Assembly: GCF_006345805.1 (NCBI RefSeq)
Contig: NC_042998.1
Coordinates: forward strand, 136,276,001-136,340,000
Length of the DNA: 64,000 bases
Direction: 5' to 3'
DNA from: Octopus sinensis
Lineage: Eukaryota
The notes beneath the pieces were generated by a model. It ran no database searches, was not told the DNA's origin, and was given only the letters and a program-made list of their open reading frames with translations. Each line of letters begins with the position of its first letter. Position 1 is the first letter of the stretch. Below are positions 52,200 through 64,000 of this stretch, piece after piece. A program made the position numbers and the translations under genes.

Positions 52200-52614
52200 T
52201 AAAAGAGAAAGATATATTAAATCTCTGAGCAAGATATAAACAGTAGTAGTATGGAATTGTAAAATATACTTGCTAACTAAGTGTGGTGCCCTATACAGGA
52301 GAGCGCTACTGTTGTTTATAGCCCCCAGGAAGACATCCCCTCCAGCTGACTAATGACACACAGTCTGTGTCCATTTAGTATTTGTGAAGGGAGGTCATCG
52401 CTCCCATCTCTAGTTTTACGTGATACACATGGACTCGGGTTTCTGAATGGTCACCTGTCCTCAGCATGTGTTAATCACTAGCTAGTGGTGAAAACTTATT
52501 CCACTCACAAATTGCTATATACTTTTCTAGCGACTCACCGTTGCTGATCTTGTAAAAGAGAGAGATATGTTATATTAAATCTCTGAGTGAAATATAAACA
52601 ATAGTAGTACGGAA
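52200..52614 (-). mobile_element. 353-bp-period direct-repeat-bounded unit containing a hammerhead (retrozyme or Penelope pLTR-like)
   Basis: 52200-52256 (TAAAAGAGAAAGATATATTAAATCTCTGAGC..GTAGTAGTATGGAA) recurs diverged at 52553-52614; flanked by TA/TG microsatellite. Confidence 0.7.
52420..52478 (-). ncRNA. Type I hammerhead ribozyme motif
   Basis: GTGAT-ta-ACACATG-CTGAGGA-CAGGTGACCATTCA-GAAA-CCCGAGT-C-CATGTGT-ATCAC: stem I 7+5 bp with a 2-nt bulge, intact core, GUC triplet. Stem II is poorly paired as it stands; two CA-to-CG reversions restore CGGG/TTCG. Confidence 0.7.
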
Positions 52615-52965
52615 GTATATGTGCATGTGTGTATGTATATATATAGATAGAGACAAAGAGATGGATAGATAGATAGACAGATGTTTGCTTCATACGCACT
52701 TGTATGACACATAAGCATCGCTATAAGTATCCATCTTTATAAGCATTTGTGAAATATCTAGGGACACGCAAGCACAAGAAAATTGGAAGCTATTGCAACT
52801 GTATGTTTTACAGGAGAGAGCTTTCCTTAGACTTTTCTATTAAGGGGATTTTAACAACTCCATATAAGTTCTACTTAGGTGTTTTTCTTTCTCCAGATGG
52901 CTACATTTTTACTGTGTATCAAACAACAAACTTAGATGTTTCTATAAAATTATAGTTCCATGCAT

Positions 52966-53010
<45 letters not shown>

Positions 53011-53352
53011 CATATAATAGGCATCATCATCATCATTGTTTAGCATCCACACTTGTTTCCAGGAAAGGTAATATTTTGACAGGAAGGAAAAAAGATATAA
53101 GACCTGACTTTACATTCTCTATATTTAAGCATATGTATATATATGTATGTGTGTGTGTATATGTATGTATATATTATATATATACATATATATATAATAT
53201 ATATAATATATATATATATATATTATATATATATATATACACACACATATATGTATGTATATGTGATGTAATATATATGTATATATATATACATATATAT
53301 ATATAATATATATGTCAGGATATATATATGTATGTATTATGTATGTATGATG

Positions 53353-53424
<72 letters not shown>

Positions 53425-53975
53425 AATCAGTCAAGCATGGTCGATGCCAGTACTGGCCTGACTGGCTCTATACTGTGGGACATAAAAAGCACCTGCTACA
53501 CTCTCGGAGTGGTTGGCATTAGGAAGGACATCAAGCTGTAGAAACCTTACCAGATCAGATTGCCAGTCCTCAGTCAAACCATCCAACCCATGCCAGCACG
53601 GAAAGCAGACGTTAAATGATGATGATGATGATGATATATATATATATACATTTCTATAAATATATATACATATACATATATGTATATATATATACGCACA
53701 CACCCATCCATTTTTTCATTTACTTGTTTCCATCATTAGAATGTGGCCATGCGGTGAAAACACCTTATGGAATTTTAGGTGAGTGAATTGACCCAGTACT
53801 AAGTTTTGTAATATATTATATATATATATACTATATATATATTATATATATATATATATTATATATTAGAATATAATATTAATTAGAGACAAAACCACTA
53901 TTATGCAAATCAAACAAAGAAAGACTTAATCCAATACATAAAAAATTTTATATAAATTAAATATAATTAAGATAT

Positions 53976-54021
53976 CCACTACGATCGTTTCTTGTCACTT
54001 CTATTGACATTCATCAGGTGG
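53976..54021 (-). ncRNA. Minimal type I hammerhead ribozyme (dimer-type) in a Penelope tail
   Basis: CCAC-CTGATGA-A-TGTCA-ATAGAAG-TGACA-A-GAAA-CGATCGT-A-GTGG: intact core, 5-bp stem II, perfect palindrome ACGATCGT as stem III, GUA triplet; predicted cut between 53980 and 53979. Confidence 0.85.
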
Positions 54022-54049
54022 TTTCAAGACCTTCTTTGCAAGTTTTAAA

Positions 54050-54434
54050 CTGAGCTGGCAGAATCGTTAGCACCCCGGGCGAAATGTGTAGACGTATTTC
54101 GTCTGCCGTTATGTTCTGAGTTCAAATTCCGTCGAGGTCCACTTTGCCTTTCATCCTTTCGGGGTCGATAAATTAAGTACCAGTTACGCACTGGGATCGA
54201 TGTAATCGACTTAATACCTATGTCTGTCCTTGTTTGTCCCCTCTGTGTTTAGCCCCTTGTGGGTAATAAAGAAATAGGTATTTCGACTGCCGTTATGTTC
54301 TGAGTTCAAATTCCGCCTTTCGGGGTCGATTAAATAAGCACCATTTACTCACTGGGATCAATGTTATCGACTTAATCCGTTTGTCTGTCCTTGTTTGTCC
54401 CCTCTATGTTTAGCCCCTTGTGCGCAGTAAAGAA

Positions 54435-54435
<1 letters not shown>
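54050..54435 (+). mobile_element. SINE tandem dimer (full monomer plus 5'-truncated, internally deleted monomer) with a Tx1-like 3' tail
   Basis: Monomer 1 about 54050-54276; monomer 2 restarts at GGTATTTCG (54277); both end TTTGTCCCCTCT.TGTTTAGCCCCTTGTG...TAAAGAAATA. Confidence 0.8.
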
Positions 54436-54499
<64 letters not shown>

Positions 54500-54645
54500 A
54501 CACACACACACACACAAGCATACATTGATCCTTCATAGAGGTGTGTAGATAGTTATATTAACATACATATATACACACTTGCGAAAGAGGAGATGAAGTG
54601 TATTTGTGTATAATAATGATAATGATGATGATGATGATGATGATG

Positions 54646-54694
<49 letters not shown>

Positions 54695-55385
54695 CAACAA
54701 CAATGACAACGATGATGATGATGATATGAGCTTACTGTATAAATTTCTTGGATGCATACGTGATAGTGTTTTTGTGCAGGTGTGTTTGTATATGTGTAGA
54801 TTTGCACATATATACAGTTAGTTAAAGGAAGAGATGCCATAAATGGAATAAATACGAGCTATTCAAAACAGATGTATTGTAGTCAGACTTGGTCTTTACT
54901 TGTTACACTCCTTAGTCTCTATGACGCAGAATCAACTGACATGGGAAAATATTAAGATGCATTCCTAACCAACCAATACAATCTGTACATATGATGAGGG
55001 GGTGCTTTGTTTTTTATTTATTTTTTTTCTTTTGCTGTTTATTATATACAGGATATTCATACAGATCAATAAATATAGAGATGGAGTCAAATTTATTATT
55101 AAACTCAATTTGATTGGGATTTAATCTCACCTGATGGCTTATTCAACCTGTCCTGTTAAAATGAATTTTATAATATATATGATTCTATTGTTACTTTGAG
55201 TTCCCCCATCAGTAAATGTTCTGTTATTGTTCTTAAATTTGTTTTAGAATAATGATCTTCATTTTACATCTATAAATAGATGGATGGGTAGATGGTATGT
55301 ATGTAGAGGTAGATAAATCGGTAGATAGATACTTGTGTCAGTGTGTGGAAATATATATATATATATATATATGATACTTAGATAA

Positions 55386-55418
<33 letters not shown>

Positions 55419-55426
55419 CGATAGAT

Positions 55427-55475
<49 letters not shown>

Positions 55476-55532
55476 GACAGACAGATAGGACAGATGGATA
55501 GACCAGACAGACAGACTGATAGATAGGTTTTA

Positions 55533-55585
<53 letters not shown>

Positions 55586-55780
55586 ATAATATATATATAG
55601 GGATAGTTTACACAAAAAAACAAAAGACAAAGACAGGTGGTGTGTACAAAACAAAGATGTATTAGTATATATATATATATAGAAAGAGAGAGAGAGAGAG
55701 ATAACAAAGAGAGCGAGAAAGAAAGAAAAAGAGAGAAAGATGAATAGATAAATATGTTGATAGTTAGATTGATAGATAGA

Positions 55781-55816
<36 letters not shown>

Positions 55817-55863
55817 TAGACAGACAGATAGACAGACAGATGGACAGAGTATAGAGAAACAGA

Positions 55864-55985
55864 TATGTTTCTGTATTAACCACAGGGCTGCACACAGACG
55901 GGACAAATTACAAGGTAGAGCTTTTCTTTATGGGGAGGAAAAAAAAGTGGGGTAGGTTTTCGATCAAAAGGGATTGTAAAAAGAA
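55864..55985 (-). mobile_element. Tx1-like LINE extreme 3' end (repeated at about 56918-57035 within the gap-flanking duplication)
   Basis: Reverse complement matches the 3' UTR at 63070-63157 (TTTTACGATCCCTTTTGAT.GAAAACC..AAAGAAAAGCTCTAC.TTGTAAT.TGTCCCGTCTG) and continues to TAATACAGAAACATAT. Confidence 0.75.
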
Positions 55986-56067
55986 ACAGATAGACAGATA
56001 AATAGATAGATAGATAGATAGATAGATAGAAGATAGTATAGATAGATAGATAGATAGATAGAGATAG

Positions 56068-56106
<39 letters not shown>

Positions 56107-56206
56107 AAAGAGAGAGAGAGAGATATAGTATGTATGTATCCTAGATAGACAGGCAGCCAACGACAGACAAGAAGAGACAGGCAAATGGATGTCAAATAAA
56201 TAAAAA

Positions 56207-56306
56207 NNNNNNNNNNNNNNNNNNNNNNNNNNNNNNNNNNNNNNNNNNNNNNNNNNNNNNNNNNNNNNNNNNNNNNNNNNNNNNNNNNNNNNNNNNNNNN
56301 NNNNNN
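56207..56306. other. Assembly gap (100 N)
   Basis: Run of exactly 100 N. Confidence 1.
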
Positions 56307-56463
56307 ATTTGTTTTAGAAATAATGATCTTCATTTTACATCTATAAATAGATGGGATGGGTAGATGGTATGTAGAGAGGTATGATAAATCGGTAGATAGA
56401 TACTTGTGTCAGTGTGTGGAAATATATATAATATATATATATATTACTTATAGATACATAGAT

Positions 56464-56505
<42 letters not shown>

Positions 56506-56837
56506 TAGATAGATAGATAGATGATAGATAGATAGATAGATAGATAGACAGATAGATAGACAGATGGATAGACAGACAGACAGATCGATAGATAGGTTTT
56601 ATATATGTATATATATTATTATATATATGTATATATATATATATATTATATATATATATATATAGGGAGAGTTTACAAAAAAAACAAAAGACAAAGACAG
56701 GTGGTGTACAAAACAAAGATTTTAGTATATATATATATAAGAAAGAGAGCAGAGATAGAGATAACAAAGAGAGCGGGAAAGAAAGAAAAAGAGAAGATGA
56801 ATAGATAAATATGTTGATATTTAGATTGATAGATAGA

Positions 56838-56873
<36 letters not shown>

Positions 56874-57080
56874 TAGACAGACAGATAGACAGACAGATGG
56901 ACAGAGTATAGAAACAGATATGTTTCTGTATTAACCACGGGCTGCACACAGACGGGACAAATTACAAGGTAGAGCTTTTCTTTATGGGGAGGGAAAAAAA
57001 GTGGGTAGGTTTTCGATCAAAAGGGATTGTAAAAAACAGAAGACAATAAATAGATAGATAGATAATAGATAGATAGATAG

Positions 57081-57120
<40 letters not shown>

Positions 57121-57125
57121 ATAGA

Positions 57126-57166
<41 letters not shown>

Positions 57167-57458
57167 TAAGTATGTATGTATCCATAGATAGACAGGCAGC
57201 AAACAGACAGACAAGAAGAGACAGGCAAATGGATGGTCAAATAAATAAAAAAACTGACAAGAGATTATATTAGATTGTTAAGGATTATCAAAATATATCA
57301 TACAATAATAATTTCTGCATACAAGATGTCATTTCTAATTGTTATTTTAAACCATTAAATAGGCAAACTAAATGTGAACAAGCTGCACCTGGATTTTGGG
57401 GTATTAGATTTCAATGTAGGAGTGGGGTGATTATTAATTTTGATATTGAGTTAAATAA

Positions 57459-57492
<34 letters not shown>

Positions 57493-58040
57493 TTTTAATG
57501 TCTGTTGTCCATGCTGGCATGGACCTAAGCTGTTTCTGGAATATTCTTCTAAATAAAGGAATAATTTTTTTTAAATGTATTCAGGAAGACAAGATAAAAT
57601 AAAAATAGGTTATCAAATTAGGATATTAAAATATTAGGAAATCAGATGAAGATTTCAACAAATGATGGGTTAAATATAAAAGAATGCATATCTAAATAAA
57701 ATAAATAAAACATATTGGTTGGCCCAATTATTCCATGCTGGGCCACTACCTTAATTCTATTATTTAGTTGTTTTAGAAAATAAGAATAATTAAGCTATAC
57801 AATCCTGGGTATCCTTGATTGACCCTAGCTAGAATTTCTCCTGTATCAGGAGGACTGTATCATTCATGTTATCACATACTTGGTATTATACTATGTATAC
57901 TTTTATTTCATTTCACCATCTTTTCTATTTTTTTCCCCCGTGTCCTTTATGTAAATCCCCACACAAATTGTTGTCTGTCCTTGTGATGCCCCACACATCT
58001 ATGCCCCTGCGGCTGATAAAAGAAATTATTATTATTATTA

Positions 58041-58099
<59 letters not shown>

Positions 58100-58264
58100 T
58101 TATCAATCCCGGAAGGATGAAAAACAAAGTCAAATTCTGCCAAGGTTGATTTTGCCTGTCATCCTTTCAGATTGATAAAATAAGAACCGGTTGAGTGCTG
58201 GGGTCAATGTAATCAACTATACCCCACCCCACAAATTCCAGGCCTTGTGCCTTTAGTGGAAAAG

Positions 58265-58303
<39 letters not shown>

Positions 58304-58950
58304 GTCATTATCATTATTATATACTATTTGAGACATCTCCATTAATATTTTCCAAAGAAGTGATCAGCAAAATTCATGTCGCCATATTTTCCCAACACAT
58401 TTCAGTATGGTGGGGGGAACAGTACATTCAATAGGCTCCTTGAGACACAGACACGTGTTACATATTTCCCATTTGTTCAGCTTCCACATCTCAAAACTGG
58501 ACTGTTTGCTATAGAACTAGCTTTAACAAACATTCCATTGCAGGATTGTGGTAATCTATTCATCTATCTACAAAGACATAGCTAAACAGAGATACATAAA
58601 TTCCTTAAATTTACAATACTGGTAATTTCAGTAATGTTTCTCTGTGTGATAAATATAATGGTTCCTAGGTACTGGATTTGATTTTTCTGTTCTTTTTTCT
58701 GGAGTTTACAGTGCAGCTGAATATTGATTTATTTGCATTCTTTCCAGCTTCAAGTTCCATAATTAAGTTGTTGCTGAACATATGTTTAATTCATATTCAT
58801 TTGCGTATGTGCACGTATGTATATTTATGAATATAGATAAATAGATGGATAGATGAATAGAAAGATAGATAGATAAATAGACATATAGGTTGGTATATAT
58901 CTATCTATATATAGAGAGAGAGCTATACACATTCAACTATATACCTATAG

Positions 58951-59002
<52 letters not shown>

Positions 59003-59073
59003 GTATGTATATGTATATATATATATATGTATATATATACATTGATATACATATACATATACATACATATATA

Positions 59074-59114
<41 letters not shown>

Positions 59115-60085
59115 ATGTATGTATGCATGTATGTATGTATGTACATATCTATCTACACACATACACACAAATATATATATACATATATATATACATACAT
59201 ATTATATATATATATATATACATATACACATATATACATATATACATATATACGTACATATATGAAGCACACATATGCTTAAAAATAGATGGGAAAATGA
59301 AATATGCTAATATTGATTTTTTTTTCTTACATAGACACACACCATTGACAATTCAGATAGGGTAAAGAGTCCATAATATTGAACCCTAGTGCTGGACAAG
59401 TACATAATTTTATTGACTCCCACTAGATGGATGAAAGGTAAAGTTGACTTTAGCATGATTCAACCTCAGAACATAAGAGGTCATTCACAAATACTTCAAG
59501 TCATTATGTCCATTGCTCCATCGATTTCACCAGCTTATTGCCTCAGAAACATACAAATATTAATACGTATTGAGTAAAGTCAAGTCAACCAGCTATACAG
59601 CCACCCTTGTGTTATTGACAAAAATTGACTAAGCTCCATGTAAGCTCCATGGATTAGTAAATGTTTTTTTTAAATGTGTATAGACATATACTTTATTTAA
59701 ATTACTTGTGTGTATGTGTATCTATGTATATGAATATATATACATACATTATATGTATGTATGTATGTAAGTATATGAATACACATGCATATATAGATAG
59801 ATAAATAGGTAGAAAGATAGATAGATAGGTAGATAGGTAGGTAGGTAGGTAGGTAGGTAGGTAGGTAGGTAGGTAGGTAGGTCGGTCGTAGGTAGGTCGG
59901 TAGGTAGATAGAGGGAGAGGTAGATAGTTAGATGGACAGATAGATATTGTAATAATTTGTGATTTCACATAAAGAATGGAAATAAGTGCATTCATTTGTG
60001 AACATGTCCATTTACAGAATGTTCTATTTCATGCACACACGCACGCACACACACACATACACACACATACACATGCACACATAAT

Positions 60086-60154
<69 letters not shown>

Positions 60155-60991
60155 GCATATATATGAATATGTAGTTTTTATATGTAATGATACAGTAATA
60201 TAAGTAATGATACATTATATATATATCATAAATATATATACATGTGTATTGCCTGTATATGAAATGTTATAATTTCAGCTAAACAAATAACACACTGAAC
60301 ACAGTACAGCAGTATGAATATGTAATTATCCTGAGGGACATATGTAAGAATGACATTTCACTTGTTGAGATTTTCAAGACATCAGATTTGGTTTTATTCA
60401 TTCACCAGAACTGATCCTCACACACACACCTATACACACACACATATATATATACACATACATTGCATTGAAATACACAAGAAGATTAGATGTGAATATA
60501 AATTATATACATATTATAATAAATATACCTGTGTGAGAATACATATATACATACATACATACATATACACACACACATATATATATGTGCACATATACAC
60601 ACACATATGTATGTGTGTTTGTAAATGTATTTCTTGATGTGCAAGTGGGAATGAATAGACAGTGCGCATCCTTGCAGACCCATCCAGACTGTTTGACCTA
60701 CTGCAGATGATATCTAGTTTGGACTGCAGAGTCCTGAGCCATATCCTTCATTGGGTTAACCATTACACAGTCTAGTCACCCTTGAACAGCAATTAAACAC
60801 AATTACTATACATTAAAGCAAATACATAGAATTATACACACATGAAAACTAAGTAACACAATGCATCAATATATACATATGTATCTGTGTATGTGTGTGT
60901 ATTTATGTATTTTTTATTTATGATAAATAATCTACATATATAATAGAAATAATGTGTAGATATATATAGAAAGACATATACATATACTCAC

Positions 60992-61040
60992 GTGACTGCG
61001 GAGCAAGAGGATGGTGTTCAATATGTGTAGCCTTCCCCAT
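60992..61040 (-). CDS. SYT11: Candidate first coding exon of the synaptotagmin-4/11 gene (MGKATHIEHHPLAPQS + 1 nt)
   Basis: AGAA-ATG-G Kozak-like start, 49 nt open, strong phase-1 donor CAC|GTGAGT. Splices in frame (C|TT = Leu) to the 4017 acceptor, giving a short luminal N-terminus before the TM helix, as in Syt4/11. Confidence 0.7.
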
Positions 61041-61999
61041 TTCTGTCTGTAGTTATGTGTAAAATACACTAGAATGTAGAAATAATATGAACCAAACGCT
61101 GCTTATCAAATAATTCTCTTTTTTTTATAATAAATATATTTATGTATATAAACTTATATATATATATCTATCTATATATATAATTTTATACACAGACCGT
61201 GGAACCTTCTCTGTATTCTTTTTCCCTTTTATATACTGTTGCTAGTTAAAAATCAAAAGCAACATAATGTCTATTGATGATTTCTCAGGTTGGTGGCAAT
61301 GTAAAGATCCTTTACTGTAGAGCAGGAGGATGTTCCTTGGTTGATGCTGAAGAAAATATTCCTATGTGACCAAGACTGCAGCTCAGTCACAGCAACTGGA
61401 TGGTTCCTTTTGTTATTATTATTATTTTTATTTATTATTATTTAAATTATTATTATATTTCATATAATATATATATATACACACACATATATATTATTAT
61501 TTATGTATTTAATATTATTGTTATTATTATTATTATTTTCAGCTCAAATTCACTTCTTTTTCTGTTGGTTTTTTAATCTTATGTTTTTGTTTTTCTTTTT
61601 TAATCAAGTAATATTTGAAGCTGACATTATTCTCCTAGCTGAGGGTTGTTCTCTATTGATGTTGGCATCATCATTGTCATAGCAGTGAAGGCTTTAGTAG
61701 TAACAGTCCTCAGTGAGGAGGTGGACCAGGATGCTGCTACTGCTGCTGTTACTGCTCTTACTACAGCTATTGCTGTTGCTCCTATAACAACTGCTATTGC
61801 TCCTGCTGCTGCTGTTACTGCTACAGCTACAACTACTGCTGCTGGTGGTTGTGGCTGTGGTGTTGCGACTGTTGCTGTAGTTGTTGCTGTTGTAGTTTTG
61901 CTGTAAGAAGCCAGTAACAGGGTTATTGATGACAAAAGGTGATACAAATATACAGATCAGTCAATACATTTCCGAAATCCTTTAATCCTTCACACGCAT

Positions 62000-62032
<33 letters not shown>

Positions 62033-62174
62033 ACACACACACACACACAGATATGCACTATGTTGTCTGTCTATCCGCTAGTCTGTCTATTTGTCCTGTA
62101 TCTCTTTCTCTCTCTGTCTTCATCTATCTTGCTAGCTCTATGCATGTATGTATGTATGTATGTCTATGTGCATG

Positions 62175-62205
<31 letters not shown>

Positions 62206-62211
62206 TGTACA

Positions 62212-62246
<35 letters not shown>

Positions 62247-62258
62247 TGTACATATCTA

Positions 62259-62338
<80 letters not shown>

Positions 62339-62486
62339 CTATCTATTGTACATATCTATCTATCTGTCTATCTATCAATTTTGCTAGCTATCAGTCTATT
62401 TGTCTGTCTGCCTGTCAGTCTGTCATTGTTTCTAAATATCTATCCATATTTATTTACATATCTGACTTTCTCTTTCTGTCTATCTG

Positions 62487-62580
<94 letters not shown>

Positions 62581-62584
62581 GTCA

Positions 62585-63157
62585 ATATTGTCATGCCTCC
62601 TTCCTTCAAACGGGAAGGAAGAGCTATTTTCATCATTGTTATGGCTATGGCGAAAGAATGTATCTGGTGGACACGTCTGAAAGGATTGGAGACAAACACT
62701 TTCCTCTCTGGTCAATATCTCATCAACTTCTTCAAGTATCACTTGAAAAGGAAAGTGAGAGTAGAGAGGCAAATTTTGTCTAGCGAATGTTTCAAAAAAA
62801 GATGGGTGAATGTAGCAAAGATGGCACATATGAATGATGATGTCCACCTTGAGCATAATCCTATGAATCCGGAAAAATTTAAAACAGAAGGTTACTTACA
62901 TGCAAACAAATGTGCTAACATGTCACATTCTTGACCGAGGTTACTGTGGTCTTTTCCGTAGGCTTTTCTTTCCATGGATAAACCTTATCTGCTTCCCCCT
63001 TTACACTTTACATCATGGCATTTCTGTAAAACACGATCCCTATTGATCGTTTTTCTTTTGTTTTTTTTTCCCTTTTACGATCCCTTTTGATTGAAAACCA
63101 ACCACACTTTTTTTCTCCCCAAAAAGAAAAGCTCTACTTTGTAATCTGTCCCGTCTG
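62585..63157 (+). mobile_element. Tx1/L1-clade LINE: ORF2 C-terminus plus 3' UTR, 5'-truncated
   Basis: EGRAIFIIVMAMAKECIWWTRLKG..LINFFKYHLKRKVRVERQILSSECFKKRWVNVA then a pyrimidine-rich UTR; starts directly after a long (TATC)n run. Confidence 0.7.
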
Positions 63158-64000
63158 AACAGGGGCATGAATTACTTGAGCCCGAAAGGATGTGTGAGGC
63201 CTTTCAACAATACTTTACCTGACTGTTCGTGACAACTGGTGGGTCAGAATGCAAAGTGGACTTTAGTGCCTGCCTGCATAGCCTGCCATGACTCTTGGAA
63301 AGAGAGGCAGAGTGTTGTGAAAGACCCATCACAGCCTTGGACATACGGGATGTGATGGCAAGCTGCACAGGAGACAAGTCACCAGGTTTGGATGGTCTGC
63401 TCTACGAACTTTATTGTCTTATGCCAGACTTATTTAGAGGTGTCTTCGCAGCTGTCTACTGCAACTGGCAGCAAAAACGGGAGTATCCCCATTTCTGTAA
63501 AGTGAGGAGTGGTGGCACTGCTAAAGAAAGATCCAAACAAAGGGAACGTCATAGATAACTTCAGGCCCATCACTCTGCTCAACACAGATTTGAAGATTTT
63601 GACCAAGGTGTTAGCCGAGAGGTTGGCACTTTTCATCGGGAAACTGGTCGACAAGGCGCAAACGTATGCCGTGCCAGGTAGGAGTATCTATGACAACCTC
63701 CATCTGATGCACTACATCATAGATGGGGTAGTTAAAGAACCTGGCATGGGTGGGATGCTGATCAATTTGGATCAAGCAAAAGCTTTTGATAGGGTAGACA
63801 ATTGCTACTTGGAGGCTGTCCTCAGAGTGGCTGGTTTTGGTCCCGTGTTCCACGGTTGGATCACTGCCTTATACAGCAGCATCCGCTTGGTAGTTTGCGT
63901 AAATGGTCATCTGTCCAGACCATTTAACATCACACATTTGGTTCGTCAAGGATGCCCCCTCTTGTTGCTTCTGTACGTATTGACTCTTGAGCCACTACTG
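63158..64000 (+). mobile_element. Tx1/L1-clade LINE reverse transcriptase fragment, disrupted, runs off the window
   Basis: KSPGLDGL, then after a frameshift NFRPITLLNTDLKILTKVLAERL..QTYAVPGRSIYDNL..LINLDQAKAFDRVD..VRQGCPL..LYVLTLEPLL. Confidence 0.92.

Noticed and set aside
61627-61947. Ala/Val/Thr-rich ORFs on both strands resembling membrane proteins
   Set aside because: Product of degenerate GCT/GTT/ACT triplets.
61939-62934. 331-aa ORF
   Set aside because: Chance fusion of (CA)n and (TATC)n translation with the Tx1 ORF2 C-terminus.

Overview
AT-rich, microsatellite-saturated eukaryotic genomic DNA; the SINE/LINE/Penelope content points to a coleoid cephalopod, most likely Octopus (inference, no search run). 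One gene is supported: a synaptotagmin-4/11 orthologue on the minus strand. Its large TM+linker+C2A exon is at 3185-4017 and a candidate first coding exon is at 60992-61040, so about 57 kb of the window is probably one intron; no C2B exon was found in 1-3184, so they probably lie left of the window. The intron is filled with transposon debris (Helitrons, Tc1/mariner, piggyBac-type and other MITEs, Penelope-like, RTE, R4/Dong and Tx1 LINEs, several SINE families). The main result of the hunt is a set of type I hammerhead ribozyme motifs read directly from the sequence. Two identical, core-intact copies sit in an 843-bp tandem unit (5747-7396) that also carries 106-bp inverted repeats flanking a duplicated half-ribozyme. 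Three more near-intact motifs lie on the synaptotagmin pre-mRNA strand at 51.5-54.0 kb, one inside a 353-bp direct-repeat unit, and three copies of a variant carry a constant CUU insertion. Hammerheads in Penelope-like elements are established; this composite arrangement is what looks unusual. A 100-N gap at 56207-56306 is flanked by a probable false duplication. No catalytic activity, expression or novelty is demonstrated here.
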